Positions 53,175 to 64,000 of a DNA stretch of 64,000 bases are shown piece after piece. Below the pieces are notes generated by a model. It was not told the DNA's origin and searched no databases. It saw only the letters and a program-made list of their open reading frames with translations. Positions within the stretch are counted from its first letter, which is position 1; each line of letters begins with the position of its first letter. This DNA is from Octopus vulgaris (lineage: Eukaryota). The DNA lies in contig OX597819.1 of assembly GCA_951406725.2 (NCBI GenBank), positions 134,292,001 to 134,356,000 of the forward strand. Reading direction: 5' to 3'. The position numbers and the translations under genes were made by a program.

Positions 53175-54595
53175 GTAGGCAATCAGCTATCAACAAACCC
53201 TGGGAAGAGAAGAAATTTGGGAGGCACTCAAGGACCTGCAGATTTTACCTGCAAGGCAAATGTTGGCATTGGGAAGACGGCAAAAACTGGTGGTTTGCTC
53301 ACCCAAGAACCCACAAAAACTACAGGGGCCTTAAGGAGAAAAACTTCCCTGAGGAAAGACAACAATTGTCTCCAAAGAAAAAAATATACAAAAGAAGTGT
53401 GCTCTTCAGAGGTTATGCACAAGGCAGCAGCTGAGCAAGAGTCTTTTTGTACATGGCACAGAAGATTGTACAGCAGCTGACCTGGCTACACCAAGCGCAA
53501 ACAAAGAGCCTTGCCCACCACTGCGTAAGACCACCAAAGTCAACAGACACGGGATGGCCTCCACTAACGCCTGCACAGTCGTCACACCTATACTTTTACT
53601 AAATATTGGGGGCCTGTTGCATCATAACAAGAGCAAAATTTCTTTCCTGAGAGACCTTGCTGCATGCAATCAAGCCCTATGCATAGCACTTGTGGAAACT
53701 CACCTCAGCCCAAATATAGAGGATGCAGAAGTACATGTACCAAAAGATGCCATACTGCGAACAGACAGAAGGGAAAGGAGCAATGGTGGAGTTGCTGTAT
53801 ACATCCGTGACGACCTCACACCCCAGGTCTTACAGTCATACTCAAATTCGGTATGTGACACTCTAGTTGTATACATAAGACAACATAATATAGTCATATG
53901 CAATACATTTTGCCCACCGGATGCTCCAAACCACATAGGCAAGTTTGGAGATTGCCTCACAAGAATTAAAGAAATCCTCATGAATCAGGAACACCACGTG
54001 AGAATATTTCTTATGGGTGATTTCAACTTCCCCAACGTCAAATGGCCCAAAGGCCTCATGCTCTCAGGAATGACTCATTGCAAACAAGCACCAAGTGTTA
54101 CCATGTACATATTTTGTCTTGGTATAAATGAAGGGCTACAGCAAATATTCTGTTTAATACCACAGATTTGCTTGTCTTTAACCAGTTGAGCATGTCCCTT
54201 AGTGGCTGATGATATGTGCACCTCTGATCATGAGCAGAAGTAGTAGGGGAGCATCACAGCCATGTGCTGAGAGGAATTCTCTGGGGTTTGAATAATTCAC
54301 CCCTGGGTGTTTCATTCATCATCCTTATAGAAACCTTATTCATCATATTTAAACACATCTTAAACAAATCTTTTGAGCAGGATGGGCTACTTGACCTAAA
54401 GAAAATTCTAACTGGGCCCCACCGGCAAGGTCATGCACTGTGTATGGGATCACCATGTCGTGCACATATGGTTGTGATGCATGTGCCTGATGTACCCTTA
54501 TCAAACAGGTAGTCATGATGGGTATACTGGCTTAGTATATTTGTACCCCAGTGTCACTTTGATGGCATGTGCTGCTCTCTCACTCAATAATAATA
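53175..54595 (+). mobile_element. Internally deleted LINE: CCCH-like ORF1 remnant, APE endonuclease, 3' end
   Basis: CRFYLQGKC...FAHP zinc-finger-like remnant. ORF 53554 has LLNIGGL, IALVETHL, GGVAVY and MGDFNFP. It switches abruptly at ~54090 to non-coding sequence that ends in (AAT)n. Confidence 0.75.
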
Positions 54596-55194
54596 CCGAA
54601 GACAGGAGAAGGATAAAAGGGAGATAAGATGTGGGTGGATACGTTGCAAAAGTGGATAGACAAATGCAGTGTGCAAGAAAAGAGACATATAGTGATATGA
54701 GCAAGTCAACAGAAAGTGATTCAGTGGAGAGGGAGGAGAGATAAGTTAGTAGTATAGAAGGGGATGGGGTGATCAATGTAAAATGTAAATGAAGAGGAAC
54801 AATGTAAAGAATGAAGGATGGATGTCAACTGAAGTGGCTTTGGGTAATGAGAAAGATAACTGAATCAGAGAAAGGATAAAATATGTAGTCTTATATATTA
54901 TACTGATAAGGATTATATACGATTTATTGAGACAGTATTCTACAGCCTGATGCTCTTCATGCTGCCAACCCTAGCTTTTCATATAAACTATTTGAATTCA
55001 CTGGCCACAAAACTCTGAGAAATATTGTTTACATGAGATGGAAATCAGAAACCAGGAATCAAACAGTGGCAGTAATTAAGACAGAAACACACAAAAACAT
55101 GCACACACATACATGTGTGTGCACCATGTATGTGTATAAATATATATATATGCATATACATATCTTTATATCCAAACTGACGTGGATACACTTT

Positions 55195-56310
55195 GAGAGC
55201 ATCATACGACTGTGGTAGACAGGAAGCTGGATAGATTCATACACAGATCTCTGCACAGTTTCTTAGCTCCTTGCTACTGCCACCTTTCCAGTCCTTCCAA
55301 GCCTATTTCTTTGCTCTCACAGCCCTCTCAACTACACTGTTCCACCACCTCATCACCCTTGGTCTGGTTTGTACCAACCACAAATTTGGTCTGTTCCTCT
55401 CAGCAAGTTGTCTCAGAGGAACTTCCAGTTATCCTCTATACTGCAAGCCTCCTCCTCCTCCTCATTAAATGCTTCAGCTTGGACGTCTCTAAATCTCTGC
55501 CTATTCAGAGGATTCTCAAGCTTCCAGATCCTTCTTTTCCAAACTGACTTGCTTCTTGGAATCCTCTATGCTTGTAGTCTGAAATCACTAACGAATAATC
55601 TATACTGAGGGATACACTCTTCACAAGGAAGGACTTTGTATTTAACCACGAATCCCACTTTCTGGTGAGAATGTAGTTAAACTGGCTAACATGGTCACTG
55701 GATTTATAGGTTATCAGGTGACTGACTGGTTTCCTGAAGTTGATGTTGCAGAGCATTAAGTCATTTGCATCACAGAACTCTAGCAGCCTTGTTGCCTCCT
55801 CATTACAGGAACCAGTTCCATAGGCCCTATGGTCTCCATGGAAGATACCTGGCTGCTACCCAACATGTCCAATGAAATCACCAGCCACGAAGATAAGATT
55901 ACTGTCATTTGCTTTTGAATTATCCTGCAGAAGGATGCCATAAAAGTGGTCCTTCTGTTCATTTGGTAAACCTGGTTGGGTGCATAGGCAGAGATGATTG
56001 TTGCTGTGCAACTCTGCAAAACTAGTCTAAGCTTGAGTACCTTATCACATACTCTGACTACTTCAATCACCTTATTGACCCATTTTTCTGCTAGCCAAAT
56101 GGCTACACCTCCTAATCCATTCACTGAAGAGTTTATACCTATGCCTCTTGCCTGTGAGGAATCCGGCTGAGGATCCCTGACACTTCTTGAATGCAACATA
56201 CATCAACACGTCTCCATTCAAGCATCTCAACAGTCTCACCAGACCTACCTTTCAATGTGCAGACGCTGACAGTGCTGCCAACTCTGAGGGAACATGAGGT
56301 GGGGAAACTG
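55195..56310 (-). mobile_element. Decayed RTE-clade endonuclease region
   Basis: Broken frames: TLKGRSGETVEMLEWRRVDVCCIQEV, GGVAIWLAEKW, IISAYAP, CNINFRKP...QFNYIL. Confidence 0.85.
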
Positions 56311-56331
56311 CAGCTTTTGGCATCTGTAAAG

Positions 56332-56394
<63 letters not shown>

Positions 56395-56469
56395 TGCATG
56401 CATTATGTATGTGTATAAATATACAATCATACATTGTGTGTGCGTTTATGTACATTTATAATCACGCAT

Positions 56470-57000
56470 CAAGCAAGATCAGTGTCACAAAACCTTCGCG
56501 CTACACATCAAGTGGACTGACTGAGTCATCCCCAACAATGAAGTTCTGGCTCATACGCAGACAGCCGGACCCCTCGTCCTGTTGCCTCTTTTGGCTACAA
56601 CAATGCCTCTGCTGGCTGGTCCACATACATCCCATATGAGAAGGGAGAATCCTGAAAAAAACTGCTCTATGGGAAACTGGCCTCTGTCAAGAAAACACAA
56701 GAGCAACACCCCATCTTGATATGAAGACTCTTTCTATCACCATTGAAAGGTGAAGTTCAATGCAGATAACCACTTGCACAAAAACTAGAAAAAGGCAAGG
56801 TTTTTTGAAAGACAAGATAAAAGGTTGCTGATGAAGAAAAGCAAAGTTTATGGAGAAGTAACATCTGGACAAGATTGGAAGGCAGAGCCTTCAAATGCAA
56901 TCACCATCACTAGGACCATCATGCATTTGCAGTGCTCTACAATCACAACAGACACACTCTGCTCTGTAAACGAAACTGAAGCAAGATGTTCCAGTGCAGA
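56470..57000 (+). mobile_element. Decayed RTE/BovB-like 3' fragment
   Basis: Broken frames: HIKW..IPNNEVL, LCWLVHIH, GRILKK.LYGKLA, and FKCNH...LYNHNR (C-terminal Zn-finger-like). Confidence 0.65.
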
Positions 57001-57367
57001 ACTATAGTCCACTTCCAGATATATATATAAATTCATATATATATATATATACCTACACACATTTATATACATATATAAATATATATTAACTCATTCGTTT
57101 TACCATGCTAGCATAAGCTAGATAAATATAGTATTGAAGCAATGTTTTACAGCTAGATGCCCTTTCTATTGCTAACCCTTACTTGCTTTCCAAGGAAAGG
57201 GTCTCCTACTTCACATGTCCTCAAATGTACAAAACTAGCAGAGAAAGTGTTGGCAGGGAAAATGGTAACAACATCACTGTTTGTAGCTCACAAATTTCAA
57301 GAGTACATTTGTAAACAAATACCAGACATACACACGTGTACATGCACGGCCACACATAAATTTATAT

Positions 57368-57688
57368 ATCATCATCATCATCATCGTTTAACGTCCGTTT
57401 TCCGCGCTAGCACGGGTTGGACAGTTGGACGGTTCCACCGGGGTCTGGGAAGCCAGGAGGCTGCACCAGGCTCCAGTCTGATCTGGCAGTGTTTCTACAG
57501 CTGGATGCCCTTCCTAACGCCAACCACTCTGCGAGTGTAGTGGGTGCTTTTTACGTGCCACCAGCACAGGTGCCAGGGGAGTCTGGCAGCAGCCACAATC
57601 GGTTGGTGCTTTTAACATGCCACCAGCACGGAAGCCAGTCAAGGCGGCGCTGTCATCAGCCACGTTCGGATGGTGCTTTTTATGTGCC
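57368..57688 (-). mobile_element. Retroposon shared 3' tail, young copy
   Basis: (ATC)n gtttaacgtccg...ggatgcccttcctaacgccaaccact, with repeated ggtgcttttta.gtgcc modules. Confidence 0.9.
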
Positions 57689-57695
57689 TATATAC

Positions 57696-57740
<45 letters not shown>

Positions 57741-59085
57741 TGTGTGTGTGTATGCCTATGCAATGTATACATAGTAAGGGTAAACATTTTTACAAAGGTG
57801 CAGGCTGCAAGTAGGTTAGCAAAATTCTGTTTCTATAAGCTGACAACATCAAACGTGTAGACATAAACATGAAAGTATGAGGAGGGAGATGCTACGCTCA
57901 AGTCGGGGGGGGGGGACAGGAAAACCATTAATTAATTTAAATGTGTTTGAACCGACAATTTGAGAAAACTGTTTTGAAGGATGAATTCGTTCAACAAAGT
58001 CGAGAAGAGTCAAAGATACGATTGAAGGGAGGTAATTCAGTTGTCTATTTCAGGTGGTTTGATAAAATAATAAATGAAACAGTTTTTAAAGGAGAAGAAA
58101 TAGGGATTTCTTAAAATTAAATCAAGGGTTAATTAGTGCACTGATTTATATTAGTATTTATTTATTAGCGGTTAATTAGGAGTCTGGCAAGAATAATTAT
58201 TTAATTAACGATTACATCATTTCCCTGTGTAAAATTTCATTTATCAATTTATAGAATCTAATTTCATTTGGTTTATTAATCTTTTATTCATCTTTTGTCG
58301 TTTTTCTTTTACACAGTCTTAAATGGAATGTGACTTTATTTTCACCTGAGCATAAAACATCTGTCCAAACCAAAGTACATCAAATAAACCAATTATTTAT
58401 TGAAGCCTGGCAACACAAATGTCCAGATTATTTCATTGATTCACTCAGTTTCCATTCATTTCTTCTTCTTCTTCCTTCTTAATCTGCTTCAAAGTCTTAC
58501 AGAGTGGAACAACCATTTTTATAACACAAATTCCTTTTTAACTAAAATTTATCTTATGACATTTAAAATGAATTTCACTGCTTTATTTTACTAAATGGCT
58601 CATCTACGATGTCGCTGCTTCCGCTTCAATATGCAGTCTCAAATCAAGGTACTTGACAGACAAATACATCTAAATTCCTTAAACTGGCTTAGATTAGATT
58701 TCCTTATATTCTTTTATGTTATAAACATTAACCATTCCTGTATTTCTTGGATCCTTTTAAATCTGTAAACTTTTCCAAAACTCTTCTCAGTTTACAGAAT
58801 TCACATCACTTTACACTTTAGTATGCTTTTTATACCAACTTCATATCACCTTTATCTCAACTGACTATTTTACCTACCTGTAATTAAGCCTTCCCAGTAC
58901 TAAATGACTACCCACAAATGACGTGTAGGACGATTTTTGAGAAAATTATTTTCTCTTGTAGATTTTTAGTATTCAATTAATTCAAGGGAGATTAGTTAAT
59001 ATTTTCTTCTCATTTATATATGAACTTTAGTTTAACTCATTAACTTTAATTTAGTTTAGCTCATTAATTATTAGCCAACTCTCTA

Positions 59086-59596
59086 AAACCAAGAGAATAC
59101 CCTCCATCAGGCGTTTACCATATTCTGAATGCCTTACTTCCCTGGGTATGGATACATTGAAACTACGACGTCTGGCAGCTGACTTGGCAGACACCCATAA
59201 AATTATTAACCATCTTACAAACAATAACTCTGAGCACCTTTTCAAACTCCACCTGTCTAACACCCGTGGACATATTTACAAAGTCAGAAAACAGCACAGC
59301 TCCCATGACTTTCGGAAACATTTTTTCATGCTAAGAGTTGCTGAAGCATGGAACAGACTGCCGGCATCAGTTGTTAGTTGTCGGAGCACTGCATCCTTCA
59401 AAACTTCCATGCTTCCTGAGATTCACCAACACTACACCTGATTTTCTCCCCTCCATACACACGCAAGCATGTATCTGACTCATACACTGTTCGCTTCACA
59501 GACATTTGTACATTACTGCATATGCTTTATATGCACTTTTGACAAGTTGTGGTGCACCTGAGCACTGTATACAATAATTTCATTATTATTATTATT
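59086..59596 (+). mobile_element. CR1-type LINE 3' fragment, sister subfamily of 44915-46436
   Basis: ORF 59148-59441 aligns to the C-terminus of the 488-aa ORF; same gtgcacctgagcactgta hairpin and (ATT)n tail, longer UTR. Confidence 0.92.
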
Positions 59597-60517
59597 TTAA
59601 ACTACATAAAAACCAATTCATAATCTGATTAAATCTTTAAAGTACATTATTATCTAATCCACTAATTAACTAATTACATAATTTATCTGTTAATTACTTC
59701 TTTCATAAGTAATAAATGGTATTTATTATTTGTCTGACACATATTTGGCTAAATGCCTTCAATGACCTCAATCGAAATTCCATTCTGTTCTTTTATGTCG
59801 TTAACGAGGCAGCAACCTAATTAGCTCCCTTTAATCACAAATTCAATTAAATGCCACCTTGTGAATTTTTCCTATGAAAATAAAATCTCTTTCAAATTAT
59901 TCGTTCATAAATACAGTAGTGTTTGAATAATTAACTCAGAAAGGTCGACTTGATTAGTCAGTATCCTACTGGCCACTCAGTTTGTTGTGCCAGCAGGGGT
60001 GAGATTGCTTACAACTTGTAAAATAAAGGGTTTAAAGAGACGACTATAAATAGAGAAGAGGGGATACAATGATTGTAAATGGAGTGATTAAAGAGAGAGT
60101 AAAGTATGATGAGAGGAAGAGATTTATAGTTGTGAGAAGAGGGTGGTGGTGGTGGTGGCAGAAGAGTAACAGAGTAGTCATTACCAAGGGAGGGGCATGG
60201 TCGGAGAAAGGGAGAAGGAAGGTATTAGCGTAAAGGATAATGAGAAAGGAAGGCCAGAGTGATGAAGGTGATGAAGTGAATCCATAAGAGCAAGTATAGA
60301 CAGGTGTGAAAGACAGGTGAAAATGGGGGAATTGATGAGGGTAAGGGGAAAAAAACCCAAAGAAAGTCACTGAAGGAAAGAGAGATGTGGGAGGTTGTGA
60401 AGGGTCAGTTAGATGAGGAGAAAGAGAGAGTGGGAGGGGGAGATAAGAGGATGTTGAGAAGATAGAGAAACAAAGGGGAAGAGCACAACGAGAGAAAACA
60501 AAGCAGCGAGTATGCAC

Positions 60518-60550
<33 letters not shown>

Positions 60551-60585
60551 GGAGTTAAACACAGGTGTTATTCAAATACTTTTAC

Positions 60586-60669
60586 TTCCAGCACATGTTT
60601 CGAAGATATCACTGCTATTATTCCAAAGGAATAAATGGTGTAAAACAATGTAATCTTCTCTTCAGGGAA
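60586..60669 (-). ncRNA. Hammerhead-ribozyme-like motif, degenerate
   Basis: Minus strand TTCC-CTGAAGA-GAAGAT...ATCTTC-GAAAC-AT-GT-GCT-GGAA, with palindromic ACATGT stem III. Confidence 0.5.
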
Positions 60670-60817
60670 ACCTGAAGTTTCTACCTTTAAAAACAAGGAG
60701 TTACAACCTCTTTACTTGTGTGATTTTTTGCTACCCTGGTAACTACTTATCTATTTTTTCTGTGTTAATTGTTAAGGGAAAAATACACTCATCTATTTAT
60801 ATATATTATATATTATA

Positions 60818-61010
60818 TAGTGAATCCAAACAAAGAAGAACAAACAAGAAAAAGCAATAATGCAAGGACGTAGTACAAGTACTGTCTTATCAGATGCTCA
60901 GCAAAGGAAAGAAAGAGGATTTTATGTTTTGAGCAAAAGCTCTTCTTCAGAAATAGAGGCAAGTCCAAAGGAAGGGAAGACAGAGGAAGAAAATCGCCAA
61001 CAATACACAC
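60818..61010 (-). mobile_element. Penelope pLTR-like repeat with minimal hammerhead core
   Basis: Homologous to 52851-53055; minus strand ATTT-CTGAAGA-A-GAGC-TTTT-GCTC-AAAAC-ATA-AAAT at 60919-60954. Confidence 0.65.
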
Positions 61011-61039
61011 ATGGTTGTATATATATATATATATATACA

Positions 61040-62177
61040 TATAAGGATGTAGGTAGAAACCCCATAACATGTACCTGGTGTAAGTTAAAGATGCACAAGA
61101 GGAGCAGCAATATATCAGAGGAAGGTTAATGGGGAAAATAGATTTTGAGTGTGGAAGACGCACAGGTACAATTAACACTAAAAATGTACAGGAAATAGAC
61201 TCCATCAAATATCAGCAGGGAAATCTTGAAGTAGTTGATAGCATCTGTTACCTAGGTGACCAAGTGAGTAGTGGAGGTGGATGCTCTGAGAGTATAGCTG
61301 CTAGAATAAGAATAGGTTGGGCAAAGATCAGAGAGCTCTTACATCTGCTGGGTAACAAAGGGCCTCTCTCTCTCAGAGTGAAAGACAGATTGTATGATGC
61401 CTGTATGTGAACAGCCATGCTACATGGCAGTGAAACACAGGCTGTGACCACCAAGGATATGTGTAAGCTCGTAAGAGATGAAGCTAGTATGCTTCACATG
61501 ATGTGTAATGTTGGTGTTTAACCAACAGAGTGTAAGCGTTCCTAGTAGGAAAGCTGGGATGCATATGGATAAGGACAGCTGTGTGAAGAAGTGCTGCATT
61601 CTAATGGTGGGAGGAACCTGTAAAAGAGGTGGACCCAGGAAGACAAGACAAGGTGGTGAAGCATGATCTTCAAATGTCGGGCCTCACTGAGGCAATGACA
61701 AGTGACTGAGATCTTTGGTGATATGCCATGCTTGAGAAGAGCCATCAAGCCAAGTGAGATTGTAGCTGTGACCAATGCCAGTGTCACTTAACTGGCACAT
61801 AAAAAGCACCCTTCAAACGACGGGTTACATGTTGTGCTTGAGAAGACCCGTCAAGCCATGACCAATGCCAGTGCCATCTGACTGACACCCATGCCGGTGG
61901 CACACAAAAAGCATTGCTTGAGCGTAACTGTCACCTGTGCCGGTGGCACACAAAAAGCATTGCTTGAGCGTAACTGGCTCCCTGTGCCGATGGCACGTAA
62001 AAAGCAAGCACTACACATTCTTGGAGTGGTTGGTCTTAAGGAGGGCATCCAACCATAGAAACCTTGCCAAATCAGATTGGAACCTGGTGCAGCTCCCCAG
62101 CTTACTAGTTTTCAGTCAAACCGTCCAACCCATGCCAGCATGGAAAGCAGACATTAAACAATGATGATGATGATGAT
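61040..62177 (+). mobile_element. RTE LINE 3' fragment continuing into the shared tail
   Basis: LEVVDSICYLGDQVSSGGGCSESIAARIRIGWAK...MLHGSET, followed by repeated gtgccggtggcac modules, GAGGGCATCC and (GAT)n. Confidence 0.85.
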
Positions 62178-62199
62178 GTGTGTGTATGTGTGTGTGTGT

Positions 62200-62342
62200 A
62201 ACTTGCTTCTTTCAGTTTCTGTCTACCAAATCCACTCACAAAGGCTTTGGTTGGCCTGGGGCCATAGTAGAAAACACTAGTCCAAAGTGCAGTGAGACTG
62301 AACCCAAACCAAGCAGACTTCTTACTACACAGCCACGCCTGT
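62200..62342 (-). mobile_element. SINE family B head
   Basis: ttctttcagtttctgtctaccaaatccactcacaaaggctttgg...cacacagccacgcctg. Confidence 0.85.
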
Positions 62343-62379
62343 AAAAATACATATATATAAATATATGTATCGTATATCT

Positions 62380-62510
62380 TCATCATTTTTCTATCCTGGC
62401 ATGGGTTGGACAGTCTGGAAGGAGCTGGTAAGGCCCGAGGCCACACCAGGCCCCATTGTCTGTTCTGGCAGGGTTTTTATGGCTGGATGCCCTTCTTACT
62501 GCTAATCACA
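62380..62510 (-). mobile_element. Shared retroposon tail fragment
   Basis: ggcatgggttggacagt...ggctggatgcccttc. Confidence 0.75.
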
Positions 62511-63284
62511 GATGTATGACTGCTACTGTTATGTTTAGAGTTCCATGTAGATTATCCTAATCCAGTCTGCTTTAAGTAATCCTTTAAAGCATTCCTGGTT
62601 ATGAAATGCAGAGCAAATGCAGGAGAGATTATGATATGGATTAGTTCTTTGTAACTTAATGCAAATGAGTGTCTCCTGATGATCTGTTCTCGTTAAGCAT
62701 TCAATTCACTTGGAACATCATCGAATACAGGATTTCAAGCAACCATAATGGTGAAACATACATAAGAACTAATAATATAAGTGAAGAAAAAATATGGTTG
62801 AACAAAGTGCAGACAGAATTAGTTGATGTGAAAGGAACTGTTGTAGTGACGACTACAGGAGAGACAAAACAAGATGTCTGTAAGAAAGAGAGAGATTGCA
62901 ACTTCCTGGTGAGTTAATGACCTTCATTTGGTTGTAGTTTGGATACACTGTAGCTTTCTAATACAAACTTTTCCATTAACTACATCCCCATAATGTGATG
63001 CATTTAGTTAGGAACTTCATAGAAGATATTTCTAGGAAATGATTCCATAACTTGGACAGAAAGCAATGCAACTTTAATGAAGAAATATAGAATTTATAAA
63101 ATAAATGGAAAAGAAATGAAATATTTAGTTTTAAAAAAAGTATAAGAATAAAAATAAATGAGCAAAAAAATAAAAAAGAATATTCTTTCCTTTTTCAATT
63201 ATTTTTTTGATAGCAAGATGAATAACAGCACAACAGCCATAAATATAAACTAAGATAATATGATTAACCTGTGTTAATTAATAA

Positions 63285-63480
63285 GATTGTAAAAAGCACC
63301 TGTGTTAGTAACACAGAAAAAGCATCCAGAGCATTCTGTGAAGAGGTTGGTGTTAGGAGGAGCATCCAGCCGTAGAAACCATTGCAAAACAGAGAACTGC
63401 AGTTTGGTGCAGCTGTTTGGCTGACCAACTCCTGATAAACTGTCCAACCCATGCCAAATGATGTTGATGCTGATGATGGA
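63285..63480 (+). mobile_element. Shared retroposon tail
   Basis: ggttggtgttaggaggagcatccagccgtagaaacc...gtccaacccatgcc...(GAT)n. Confidence 0.75.
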
Positions 63481-64000
63481 TGTGACTAGAATCATAATAT
63501 GAGTAACATGACTAAAATAGAGATTTGGCCACCTCTAAAATATGAAAATCTTACCCAGATACCCAATCAAATTCGGAAAAAATATTTACAATTATTCCTT
63601 CTTCAGAAACTTAGTAAATTTTTTATCAAAATAGGAAAATAGTTTCTATGGTTTTCATTAATTTTATGTACTTTTGGATAAATCCCTACACTAAGTCAAG
63701 GCAATAACAAGTTTCCCCACAGTAATTAACAAGTTTTAATCTTCCTTAAAAAGTTAATAAACTCCCACCCCCCACCCCACCCAGCATCAAGTGTTTATTT
63801 CTCTGTAAATGTCATAAATAAAGACTTCTCTTTAGGAAGTTGCTCTGAAAGCAATCAACTCATTTAAATGTGCATACATATGTGCACAGTGTGTGCATAT
63901 AATATATATATAATGTGTGTGTGTATATAACATACTATATGTGTATGTATTTACCTACAGCAAATGTGTGTGAGATGCTGAAACACTGAATATAAGAAGT

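Noticed and set aside
60044-60562. 172-aa hydrophobic ORF
   Set aside because: Low-complexity purine/pyrimidine-skewed tract with no domain signal.
62701-62901. Candidate upstream WDR37 exon after a minus-strand acceptor-like ctctttcttacag
   Set aside because: No frame resembles WDR37; two of the three frames stop quickly.

Overview
AT-rich, microsatellite- and transposon-dense eukaryotic DNA. Its repeat content (two tRNA-derived SINE families, RTE/CR1 LINEs, (TA)/(CA)/(GA) arrays) looks like a coleoid cephalopod, most likely Octopus; this is recognition-based inference, not a database result. The only host coding sequence I can support is the terminal exon of WDR37 (minus strand, 2995-3117). 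I found no upstream WDR37 exon, so most of the window is probably one very large intron. The rest is mobile DNA. Retroelements: a young 5'-truncated CR1-type LINE with an open RT frame, a 5'-complete but 3'-truncated RTE/BovB LINE, several other RTE/LINE fragments, a Penelope-like GIY-YIG fragment missed by the ORF track, and many SINEs. DNA elements: a full-length decayed mariner, a Tc1-like deletion derivative, Helitron/Helentron pieces and TTAA MITEs. The most interesting signals are RNA-level. There is a degenerate HDV-like ribozyme fold exactly at the 5' end of the RTE element and about eight hammerhead-like cores in Penelope-type repeats (one pair shows a compensatory stem change). There are also two long fold-back structures, one a ~375 bp near-perfect palindrome carrying a hammerhead core in each arm. 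No prokaryotic features or CRISPR arrays. Repeat boundaries were read by eye and are approximate.
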